A DNA stretch of 64,000 nt from Tubulanus polymorphus (taxonomy: Eukaryota; Animalia; Nemertea): the NCBI RefSeq assembly GCF_964204645.1, contig NC_134025.1, positions 12,524,001 to 12,588,000 on the forward strand, written 5' to 3'. Both the position numbers and the translations under genes were made by a program. Positions 50,773 through 61,099 of this stretch are shown here, piece by piece. The stretch's first letter is position 1. Each line of letters begins with the position of its first letter. The notes under the pieces are model-generated. The model saw only the letters and a program-made list of their open reading frames with translations, was not told the origin of the DNA and searched no databases.

Positions 50773-51425
50773 ATGGAACCAGAACAACCACAAATTATCA
50801 ATATTACAAGTTACACTGGTGTTATAAATATATATTACAAGAAGTGTTCTAAATGTGAATTAGATAAATTAGCTATAACAGAATTTAATAAGCGTAAGAT
50901 TAGCAAAGATGGTTTTCAATATTGTTGTAAAACTTGTACTAAACTATATACCAAACAATACAGAGAAGATAATAGAGAAGCTTATAATGATTATATGACA
51001 GAATATATGAGAGAAAGATATCAAACAGATCTTAATTTTAGATTGAAACAATGCTTAAGATCTAGATTAACACAATTATTCAACAAAGAAACACATTCAG
51101 AAACACTATCTAATTTATTGGGTTGTTCAGATGAATTTTTCAATTCATGGATAATATATCAATTCGATGATAAAATGAATAGAGATAATTATGGTGAACA
51201 TTTCATATTGATCATGTGTTGCCGATTTCTAAATTTAACATGAATGATGAATACAATAAAAAACTTATTTGGAGTTGGAAAAATTTAAGGCCTTTAGAAA
51301 AGAAGGAAAACATAATTAAATCTAATAAACTAGATTTACAGTTATATTTAGATCAACTGGATAAAGCAAAGACATTTGTTGAATTATGGAATTCAACACA
51401 TAATGAAAAATACGTTGAATGTTAA
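50773..51425 (+). pseudogene. Zinc-finger/HNH-type endonuclease-like gene, one frameshift
   Basis: KKCSKC...CKTC, LRSRL, LLGCS, then HIDHVLP...NLRPL..EN in a shifted frame near 51200. Confidence 0.72.
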
Positions 51426-52570
51426 ACGCTTAGAAAACCGGTTACTCTCGATCTATGTCAAATCGCCTATATGTAATTGTATTAGGTTGTTTACAAAAGC
51501 ATCTGTCGCACGTTATATTCAGTTGAATAGGGTGTACCTCATTTGAATATTGATCGAATGTTCTATTTCAGTTGAAAAGGATTAATCAATAACATTACAA
51601 AGGAACATCTGTTGCACAGACAGTGTTTAGCTAGTGAATAACTGGCAGTTATAAACGCGCAGCACATAAGCATAGGAACGTATAGGATATTCTCTCTATG
51701 AACACAATTTTAGGAGTTTACAGTTATAAATGTAAGTACTGTTTTTGTTGTTATTAAGGCGTTGGGAAACGTTAAACATGTAAAACTTATCCTGGTAAGA
51801 TGCGCCACGAATGGCTATGTTTAAGTGTTGTAATTAATATTTTACAACTACAACTTCAAGTTAGTTTTATTCTACGTTAGATATTGATCTTTTAGATAAC
51901 AAAATGAAGGCCATTGAATCAAGAAAGTGAAGATAGATGGATGTGGAATCAGAAATTATGGATATTTCAACTCATGAGACTGTAGCAGTTTAGCCATACT
52001 GTATAGGCTTTCAATGCATTACGTTTGTCGGGAATTTCAATTGCGTCATTCAGCTGTTGTTAATGTCACACAGTGACAGATGTTGTATTGTATTTTATTG
52101 ATTCCTGCTTTCCACGCATACCTTACCGCTCGGCTGCCGAGCGGCTTGGAATGTGGAAATCGATAATGATTGTAGAATAAAATATACGTGTGTTTATGAA
52201 ATAGTATTTCCACCAGTCGTTTCTTTGAATTTATTTTCAGTTTTAGGATTTATTATCAAGAATCCGAAATGACTTATCTGGACAGTTATAATTACTGCTC
52301 CTATAGATAAACAATAGTAGTGAGGTAATCTAAATCCTAATTCAAATAAAAAGTATTTAAAAAACAATAACTTCAACTAGCTAGTGAATTCTATTATATT
52401 TTTAATACTTTCTTTTCAAAAGAGAATACTTTATATTTTGAATAGATTCAAATAGAAATTCTTTAAATTCAAATAGTTAGTATCAGTAGTCAATACTAGA
52501 ATTCTTTACCTTTAACTATCTAGTATCAGAATACTTATAATATTTTTCTTATTAAATTTCTCTAATATAA

Positions 52571-53173
52571 ATGTCAAAGAAATCGAGTAAGAATAGTATT
52601 GATATTGAAAAAACATTAGATGATTTGGGTATTAGTGATAATAAAGATACAGTTGTTTCTAATTCTATTCAAGTTAATAACAATATAGATTATGAATACT
52701 ACTTATATTGTAAACACCATCTAGAATTATTAATTGCTAGTGGTAAATGTAATCAGTTTATCGGGAAAATAATAACTTTTCAAGAATTAGATGCTATGAA
52801 ACCAGATAAAGTAATAAAATATTTTAAGATTTATGAAGAGGCAAGATTGGCCCGAATAAATGATTCTATTTCAGATGGTATTGTCAAATGTTATTCTAAG
52901 TTATGTAACCAGTTAATACCAATTGATGATGAAAATAAATTATATAGTGATTTGAAAAATGACTACTTAGTTATGACTGAATTACAAAAATGGGTTGGAT
53001 ATGCTTCATTTCAATTAGGATCGGTTATGACAATCATTTCTACTGGCGTCATTACATTTTCGAATATCAAACCTATGGAATATAAATCAGGTAAGAACGA
53101 AACAGATGTACTACAACCAAACAGTGAAACAGAAAATGAATCAGAACAAAAATTAACTAAAATAAATGAGTGA
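52571..53173 (+). CDS. Polinton protein of unknown function
   Basis: Intact 200 aa, TAAATG start, conserved in element 1. Confidence 0.72.
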   Translation: MSKKSSKNSIDIEKTLDDLGISDNKDTVVSNSIQVNNNIDYEYYLYCKHHLELLIASGKCNQFIGKIITFQELDAMKPDKVIKYFKIYEEARLARINDSISDGIVKCYSKLCNQLIPIDDENKLYSDLKNDYLVMTELQKWVGYASFQLGSVMTIISTGVITFSNIKPMEYKSGKNETDVLQPNSETENESEQKLTKINE

Positions 53174-53533
53174 TGGAGTTAAGAAAAAGGCTAGATCCGA
53201 GAAACAAATTAAATGGGCAAGAGAATTAGGTAAAAGATCTTCAGAATTAAAAAAAGCTAAGAAAAAGAAATTAACTGATATAAATGAATCACAGAAATTA
53301 TCTGATATCGATTCAAATAATAATCCACTGATTCTTCTAATGCTGGAAGTAATTATAAATTATATATTACAATTGGATTAGTAACAGTTATTATATTATC
53401 TGGTTTAATATATAAATCAAAATTCAAATCTGATGATAAAGATTATTCCAATGAAAATAAACCTATCATACCAGAAAATAAGTCAAATGATAAAGTCATT
53501 GAAAATAAACCAAGATTATTATTAATGGATTAA
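53166..53533 (+). pseudogene. Small basic protein with one transmembrane segment, frameshifted
   Basis: Homolog of 34988-35380; frameshift near 53328. Confidence 0.6.
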
Positions 53534-53539
53534 AATAAG

Positions 53540-54631
53540 ATGAAAAAAGAACAATATCTAAGAGATTTATATTATAGCCCAGAGAGTGAAGTATCATATT
53601 CTAACGTTTCAGAATTATGGAATAAAATTAAATCTGATAATGAAAATGGTGATATAAAATATAGTGAATTAAAATCATGGTTACAAAATCAACCAACATA
53701 TCAAATTCACAAGAAAATGGATAAAACTTATCTAACAAGAAAAGTTATGGTTTCATATATCGATCAACAATGGCAAGCAGATTTAATTGACATGAAGAAC
53801 TTAGAGGAATACAACAAAGAATATTTCTGGATATTAAATGTTATAGATATATTCAGTAGATACGCATGGTCAATTCCAATCAAAAATAAAACTGGAATAG
53901 AAGTAACAAAAGCTTTTAAATCTATATTTAAAGAAGATATTCCAGATAAGATACAATTTGATGAAGGTAAGGAATTTTATAACAAACATTTCAAAAAACT
54001 ATTATCTGATAACGATGTAGATTATTTTTCAACACATTCAGATAAAAAAGCATCTATTATAGAAAGATTTAATAAAACATTGAAAACTAGAACGTGGAAA
54101 TATTTTACTGCTAATGAAACATATAAATATATCGATGTGTTAGATGATTTGGTGAAAGGTTATAATAATTCTAAACATAGTTTTATAAATATGAAACCTA
54201 TACAAGCTAGAAAAGAAGATAATTCAGAAATAGTTTGGAATAATTTATATGGTGCATTTGTAACACATGATTTCGGTGAACCTAGATTTAAAATTGGACA
54301 ACACGTTAGAATATCTAAATATAGAAAAACATTTTATAAAGGTTATACCCCTAATTTTACAGAAGAAATATTCAAGATTAAAAGGATAATATTAACTAAA
54401 CCATTTGTTTATAAATTAGAAGATCTAAAAGATGAAGAAATATTAGGTTATTTCTATGAACAAGAATTATCACTTGTACCAAACCCAGATGAAATAGAAT
54501 ACAAAATAGAAAAAGTATTGAAAACAAAAACTCTTAAAGGAAAAAAGTATTCTTTGGTGAAATATAAAGGATACGATGATAAATTTAATGAATGGATTTT
54601 ATCTAGTAAAATTAAAAGAATAAATGAATAA
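53540..54631 (+). CDS. Retroviral-like (rve) integrase with a C-terminal chromodomain-like region
   Basis: Intact 363 aa with the same DDE motifs as 33896-34981. Confidence 0.95.
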   Translation: MKKEQYLRDLYYSPESEVSYSNVSELWNKIKSDNENGDIKYSELKSWLQNQPTYQIHKKMDKTYLTRKVMVSYIDQQWQADLIDMKNLEEYNKEYFWILNVIDIFSRYAWSIPIKNKTGIEVTKAFKSIFKEDIPDKIQFDEGKEFYNKHFKKLLSDNDVDYFSTHSDKKASIIERFNKTLKTRTWKYFTANETYKYIDVLDDLVKGYNNSKHSFINMKPIQARKEDNSEIVWNNLYGAFVTHDFGEPRFKIGQHVRISKYRKTFYKGYTPNFTEEIFKIKRIILTKPFVYKLEDLKDEEILGYFYEQELSLVPNPDEIEYKIEKVLKTKTLKGKKYSLVKYKGYDDKFNEWILSSKIKRINE

Positions 54632-55220
54632 AGATTTATTTATATTTGAACCGCATAATATGTTAGTTACTGGAGTAACCAATTGTGGTAAAACACATTT
54701 CATATTAGATTTGTTAGAAACTATTTATAAGAATCATTTTGATAATATAATATTATTCTGTCCTACTTATGAAATGAATAAAACATATAATAGAGATATA
54801 GTTAAGATAAAAAAGTTTATTATATTAAATCCTAAAACAGTAAAAGAAAATTTAGATAATTGTATAAAAATAGCAATAGATACTTATAAAGGATCAAATA
54901 CATTATTCATTATAGATGATTGCGCAAATTTACATGATTCAAAAGTGAGAGAAAGTGAGTTATGTTACTTAGCTTTCTCTGGGAGACATTTTGGGATAAC
55001 AACATGGGTTTTAAATCAAAAATATAATTCAATTGTTAAAGACTTTAGGGAGAATATAAGATTTCTAGTTTTATTTTATAACAAAGATAAAAAATCTATG
55101 CAACAATCATTGGAAGAAAATCAAATTATACCCACTGAATTACATGATGAATATATGAATAAATTAAAGAATAATAAAGGTTCAAAATCATTACTGAGAC
55201 TACAATTTCCATATGAATAA
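54624..55220 (+). CDS. A32/FtsK-like DNA packaging ATPase
   Basis: GVTNCGKT, FIIDD and GRH motifs; ends five codons earlier than the element-1 copy. Confidence 0.93.
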   Translation: MNKDLFIFEPHNMLVTGVTNCGKTHFILDLLETIYKNHFDNIILFCPTYEMNKTYNRDIVKIKKFIILNPKTVKENLDNCIKIAIDTYKGSNTLFIIDDCANLHDSKVRESELCYLAFSGRHFGITTWVLNQKYNSIVKDFRENIRFLVLFYNKDKKSMQQSLEENQIIPTELHDEYMNKLKNNKGSKSLLRLQFPYE

Positions 55221-55266
55221 AAATTTATAAAATAACTATTTATATATCTATTCTATAAGAGCTTAC

Positions 55267-55724
55267 ACTTTTATATTGAATAATCTGTTATTCATTTACA
55301 TGAATATTTTAAGAGTAATAGGGGTAATGGGCTTTCAGGTTAAAGGTTGAATGGTCGAGTTCATTAAAAACAAAACATTAAAAGTAATTTAAAACTATAA
55401 TATATTTTCATAACCGTGTGTATTTCAGTTGAATAATAGAATAATTATTATTATTAAAATATATTTGATTATATGAATTTGTGTATTGTAAATAAATCAA
55501 TTGGTCGCGGAGCGGAGCGGTAGCGAAGTGGAGCGACCAATTGATTTAATACAATATGCTTATTAAATTTAAATTATTGATATCTTAGAATAAATATTTA
55601 GTTATAATATAAAATACACACGGTTATGAAAATATATTATAGTTTTAAATTACTTTTAATGTTTTGTTTTTTAATGAGCTCGACCGTTCGACCTTTGGCT
55701 TGGAAGCCCATTACCCCAAATACT
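55267..55724. repeat. Right TIR of element 2, with a fold-back hairpin at 55314-55724
   Basis: Near-identical inverted copy of 38026-38463. Confidence 0.92.
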
Positions 55725-57762
55725 CACGTTCTGAGTTCATTTGTGTTCCTTTTGAATGATCATTGCAAGCTTTGGTCATTGTTGGTGGTAACCAATCTAG
55801 GTTGACTGATCGCATTCTGGAAGGTTTACTTTGCGTAGGTTTGGCGCATTCATTGGGTGCATCCATTATCTTTATACATGTATTCTACGTAAGCCTATTT
55901 ATATTCTATTTGCTCGTCCGATGTCACAGGTCTACTAAGACCTGCTGTCCCAGCTTTTGTCGCGCTGGCGTTGGGGCGAGGCTGTTGAACAGATGTTTTC
56001 GCTTTATCCATGGTGTTAACTCTTCGGTGGTTCTATATACTGGTTTATGGTTTGTCATATTTCATCGATTTTGTTTGTATTAGAGGGCGTTTAGCCCTCG
56101 CTCCCACGCAATTTGGTTGCTTCAGACTAGAGTATTCAAAATCGGACTGCATAAGGTGGGACTGCATAAGAATCAATATGTGCAGAGGGGCCAAAATGGG
56201 CAGAGACAGCTTTTCGTAATGCTGAGGTTTGTTGGAGTCACCCATAATGTCTCAGATGGAACGCCATCTGTCCAAATGTACCCTTCGTTTGAAGATATTT
56301 AGAGATGGCAGTTTTCAACGCAATTGTGATTGACCAGACAAGCATCAAGTTCAGGATGTATTTCGATGAGCTATGGAGCGTCTTGTGGCGGTTTATTAAC
56401 GTGTAAGATTGGATGCGTTTTGTAGGTGGAGGTCTGTGTCATCCTCATGTCGTATATAGTGAAACTGAGATCCCTTCCAAATGTGAATGTTCTATGGTTC
56501 TTTGTTTGCCTTCGATCGACCATTGCATTTTTAAACAACAATAAAATAATAGTCCTGAGCCACAGAAGGCTACAGGATCTGCTGTCCCGGCTCATGCCAT
56601 GCTGGCTCCCGGGGGCTAGACTGGTATCCTTATCCGCTTGCCTGTTGTATAGTTGTTCGAACTTTGATATCATCCGTTGTTGGCGTTTAGGTGCTAGTGT
56701 TTTGGAGGTACAGTGTAGCCCTTAGGCCGTGTTTTACTTTGACGATCTTAAATGATGATCCCCCTCCTCTCATTACCGTCGTTCTGAAAATGATTGATGG
56801 GGATTTATACATTAACGCTTTACCCCACACTTGCTTGAAGAAACGCGCACACGTACCGGTACATTCCCGAGTCTTCTTTCAGAGGTGATTCAATTTTGTG
56901 TGTGATTGTTTGTGGATCAGTGCGGTAGTCCTAGTGTCAATGAAATGAAACAGTCAAAGGATTTCAGTAATGGTTTTGAAAGCCAACAATGTTGTTAGGC
57001 ATCACAACAGAGTGGTGACGTGATATGGTACAGCATTTCATTGAGTAAATGCCCATGTGTCCCTCATGATGTCAGTCGTTTTAAAAGTGTTCGCGCGCGT
57101 GTATGTTCCATTAGTTATATTCTTCCAGTTTGCTCCTCATTTCAGTCGGTTTTTGAGTGGAGTTTAGGGTTTTGTAGGGTTGGGGTTTATAAGTGGGGTT
57201 TGGGATTATCTGTGTGATTGGGGGTCCATTATATGGGGCTGTGGTCAGGTGGTAAAGACCAAGGTTGTTTTCTATTGCTCCCTATCCTCCAAATACCGCG
57301 GAGCTGAGAACACTGACCAGTGTGAATAATATGCTATTGTTAGTGTTTGTCAGACACGCACTAGTCTGCATTGTTATACGGTACATGTTAATGTACTTTT
57401 ATCTTAGTTGAATTATGGATGACTAGCCCTAAGGGCCTATATCCAAATTTCAGATCATAATTGAGCAATGTGCTGAAAATATTCAATGACATGCAAAAGC
57501 TTGAGCTTTTTATTTCAACTTTTTTATTATAAAAAAAACAATAAAAATAAAATTCGCCCGCCCTTGTCACTTTCCAGAAAAAAAATCTGATGAGAAACTT
57601 GGGTATTTCATTGTGTGGCCTAGGTTAGGGTCTCTTTATGCTGGCATGAATTTGATTCCATACTTGTGGAGCCCAAACAACTTGAGTTAGTTTGTATGAA
57701 AATATGTCTTTATGTGGTCAATAAATCAGCGAAGAAGCCAGGTTTTGTGATTATTTATTCAC

Positions 57763-58690
57763 TTTTTGTGAAATGCTGGATCGAAAACTTTTCTCCTCTT
57801 TTTCCATGATTCGTGGTCCGTATTGGTAACAAGTCCATTCCCTAGGAATCTGTATGAATAAGATATAAGAATCAATTATGTTATTCATCTTATGTATATA
57901 TTACTATCTAGGCCTAAATAGATCGCCATCATGTTTTAACACCGTCATTCATTTTGAAGAGTTCAATCTATTGTACCATTCACTCATTGAAAGGAAAGAA
58001 ATTTAGAATAACCTATCATAGGAAAATTCAAAAACAAGGCATTTAGCTGTCGTTTAAGTGTTGAGCGCTTGATCATCGCAGACTGAAGTTAAACAGCAAA
58101 TCAGAACAAGTGATCAGCTTGTGTAAGGGCAACAAGCGTTTTTACGAACAAAAGAACGGCCCGACCAAATTTAGCCCGAGCCTGATCCGTGCCAATTTGG
58201 CCCGGGCCAAATCGTCTCCGTGTGATCGCGGCTATATATGATACTTCGGCCATTTCGAAGGAAGTCACTGTCAGTGATGGACGGAATAGAAAAGAGATAG
58301 CGCAGGGGCGGCAAGAACAGGTTCCCCCTCTTTGGGATCAGACATCTACCTCGCCAGACATTCCGTTCGAAATTTCGACCTGTCGTTTCTTCCTGGTCAT
58401 GGTAGCGTCCACTTGCTTGCTTACCACAACTTTTGGCTGTAGTGTTATTGCCTCGCCGAGGCCTTTTTCGATTTCCTCATGCTGACAGTGTGACCACTTG
58501 ACCATAGGCTTAGATTTACATAGGCTTAGATTTTTGGTTTACCAAATATATTTAAGCACTGAATTGCCAGCAATATCAAATCACGGCTATATTGCTAAGT
58601 TTACAGATATGATCACCTCATGCCATAAACTTTACTTGAAAGGTCGTAGCCATACTTTGACTTTGGATACTTGCTGTGAGTTAACAGCTC
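57763..58690 (-). pseudogene. CYP46A1: CYP46A1-like copy A, two upstream exons
   Basis: Exons 58617-58690 (ELLTHSKYPKSKYGYDLSSKVYGMR) and 57763-57849 (FLGNGLVTNTDHESWKKRRKVFDPAFHK, with the WxxxR C-helix motif). I could not find the exon expected between 57763 and 37272, nor the first exons. Confidence 0.8.
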
Positions 58691-59109
58691 CTGCAATAAA
58701 GATTATGCTTAGTTACCAATGTGAACAGAAATACATGTACATGTACTATATGTTGACTCTCGGTAATTGAGAATAAAGAAATTTATTTACAAAAGAAAAA
58801 ACTAAACCTTTGAATTGGAACTTGTTGATATTGTTCCTTTTAAATTTATTTAGCCGAGCAAAAATTGAACGAGTGTGTTCTAAAATAATGAGATTTGTGC
58901 GAATCTGCAGGAATATATCAACGAACGAACTGACCCGTCGTATGATTTCATGTACATCACTGATTTCAACTTAATTTCTCTACTCAACATACACAATATA
59001 TATATATATATAGCTTTTTTGCTAGATCGTTTAGTGAGGATACTATGGTGGCTGATTAGGGCCAAGTTTTAAAAAAAAACTCCGTGCAATATACCATGCA
59101 AAAAATATA

Positions 59110-59745
59110 TTGCTTCGTTTCTGCGTCCGTTTTTGCGCGGCGCACAAACGAAATTTATCGCGCAGAAACGCGCTAAAACGAGCGCAGAAACGAACTTCGT
59201 TTCTTTGTTCATGCGCGGTAATTTTGGTCGGATGGTGGCGCCAGGGTTTATCTCGTGATACTAATTACGGCCTTAAAACGTTGTATTATTATACCAATTA
59301 TTTTCTAATTAATTTAATTTTCAGAGTTACGTTTATACGCAATAAAACTTCCTTTATCGGTGATATTCTGATTTTTTACGAAAGCCAGTAGCACCGCCTT
59401 CACTTAAGTAAACAAATTCAAATGAAATATTTGTAATAAATTGACGTTTTGATGGGCTCTAAAATAGGCTACGTTTTAGGATGAAACGGACGCAGAAACG
59501 AAGTTCGTTTTTGCGTGGCGCAAAAACGAGAAATCACCGCGCAGAAACGCGCCAAAACGGGCGCAGAAACGAAGTTCGTTTCTGCGCTCGTTTTGGCGCG
59601 TTTCTGCGCGGTAAATTTCGTTTTTGCGCGGCGCAAAAACGGACGCAGAAACGAAGTTCGTTTTTGCGCTGCGCAAAAACGAGAAATCACCGAGCTAAAA
59701 GGTGCCAAAACGGGCGCTAAAATGAAGTTCGTTTCTCCGCTCGTT
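59110..59745. repeat. Array of short GC-rich palindromic repeats (probable DNA-transposon subterminal region)
   Basis: CGCAGAAACGAAGTTCGTTT and TTTTTGCGCGGCGCAAAAA recur in both orientations. Confidence 0.7.
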
Positions 59746-60592
59746 GCACAATTTTACACTGATTTCCATATGTGCGGTATTAACGACTATTGCCTATGTC
59801 CGGGTTTCCTTGTTTGCCGGTTTCTGACAGGCGAGGGCTTTCGGACCATTTACACGTGGCAAACGACCCACAACATTTAAAAATGGACAATATGATCTAC
59901 ATCACGTGTAGTGCAGTAGCCAAATAAAGCAGTTATTTCAACATCTCGATGTATCAAATCAGGCAGCCAAGCACGTGACCCGGCAGGTATAGCAAAAAAG
60001 CCGGGCGGGCAGAGTAACTAGACTGGTTGCCTGTCCCATTCAATATGATAGATACATATACAAGTAACTTGTTTCTTATTCAGATTTTCGTCCTAACCGG
60101 TTCAATTTTTCTTTTCTTATTGGGAGATGAATTCTCAATAAGTAACGGAATAAGGAATAAGGAACAAGTAATGAACTTCACTGGGGTAGTAATATCCTGA
60201 TAAAGCTATAGTTACTTTCTCGAAATCGATTATCTGAGGGGTGGATACAGACAGCAGATTTGACAGCTGTCCAAAGTCCAAAGTGGGCTAAAAATAAGGA
60301 TTGCATTGCGTTGATATGTCCATATATATACGATGACAAGTAAATTGAAGCTGATTTAGAGAGTAATGGTTAATATATTTATTTGCTCAATTTATTCATT
60401 CTACACGTTGGGAATGTGATTGATGCAGAAAATTCAGTTTCAATACATATTACAATACTCATTACATCTTAGATTTCTTGGGAGTGTCTGGGGTTATGCT
60501 ATTTCCAAGGTACATTAGTGCATTCTTTAAATTTCTAAATAGCTCACAAATCGTTTTCTCGCTCATAAATGATAAATAAATAAACTTAACTA

Positions 60593-61099
60593 CAGTAACC
60601 TTGCGTAAGTCGGATCGGCCAGTCGGATATTCGCTTATATCGGATGAATATCGATTGTCCCGAATTTTCCTTCTCTTTTTCAAAGGAATTCATATTCCAA
60701 AAAAGATTTTTATAAGTCAGAATCTGGTAGTACTTTTCTTGGTGCCAAAATGAATAAAATCAGTTAAAAATCACTCAACGTAAGTCGGGGTGCTAATTTC
60801 TTCCCATAGCATTTTGATTTCTTCCCTGTTCCGACCCCTGCTCCCGGCTTAAAATCGACGATACGTGTCAACAGTCGTTAATACGTAAAGTTGTGGTTAG
60901 TGTATACAACTAGACCTGAAATATTTCAGTGTTTTGATATCATTTCTTGTCGATGTTGATTTAATGTTTCCATTTGCCAAAATTAATTTTGAAGTTGTTG
61001 TTTTCGGAAAAAGGCTGAAAATCTGACAATCAAAATAAGACTTTTTATAAATTCGGAGAGTTTTTCTTGGCCCAAAAAGATCCGACGCAAGGTTTACTG
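60593..61099. mobile_element. Tc1/mariner-type MITE
   Basis: TA-CAGTAACCTTGCGTAAGTCGGATC ... GATCCGACGCAAGGTTTACTG-TA: imperfect TIR with TA on both flanks. Confidence 0.7.

Larger units (their letters stand above)
38026..55724 (+). mobile_element. Polinton/Maverick (adintovirus-like) element 2, near full length but decayed
   Basis: AGT...ACT termini, TIRs at 38026-38463 and 55267-55724, 6-bp target duplication CACGTT (38020-38025, 55725-55730). All genes are on the + strand. Confidence 0.96.

Noticed and set aside
53533-53542. Baculovirus late promoter ATAAG before the integrase
   Set aside because: A single short motif in very AT-rich DNA, not repeated at other gene starts.
38026-55724. 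Flip/flop isomerism of the terminal hairpins
   Set aside because: Both ends of element 2 read the same from outside in, so no isomer is visible here.
22716-55724. One composite element or a tandem duplication of a single insertion
   Set aside because: Each element has its own distinct 6-bp target duplication, and a host exon lies between them.
59110-59880. Cluster of overlapping Arg/Ala/Phe-rich ORFs
   Set aside because: Produced by palindromic repeats that lack stop codons.
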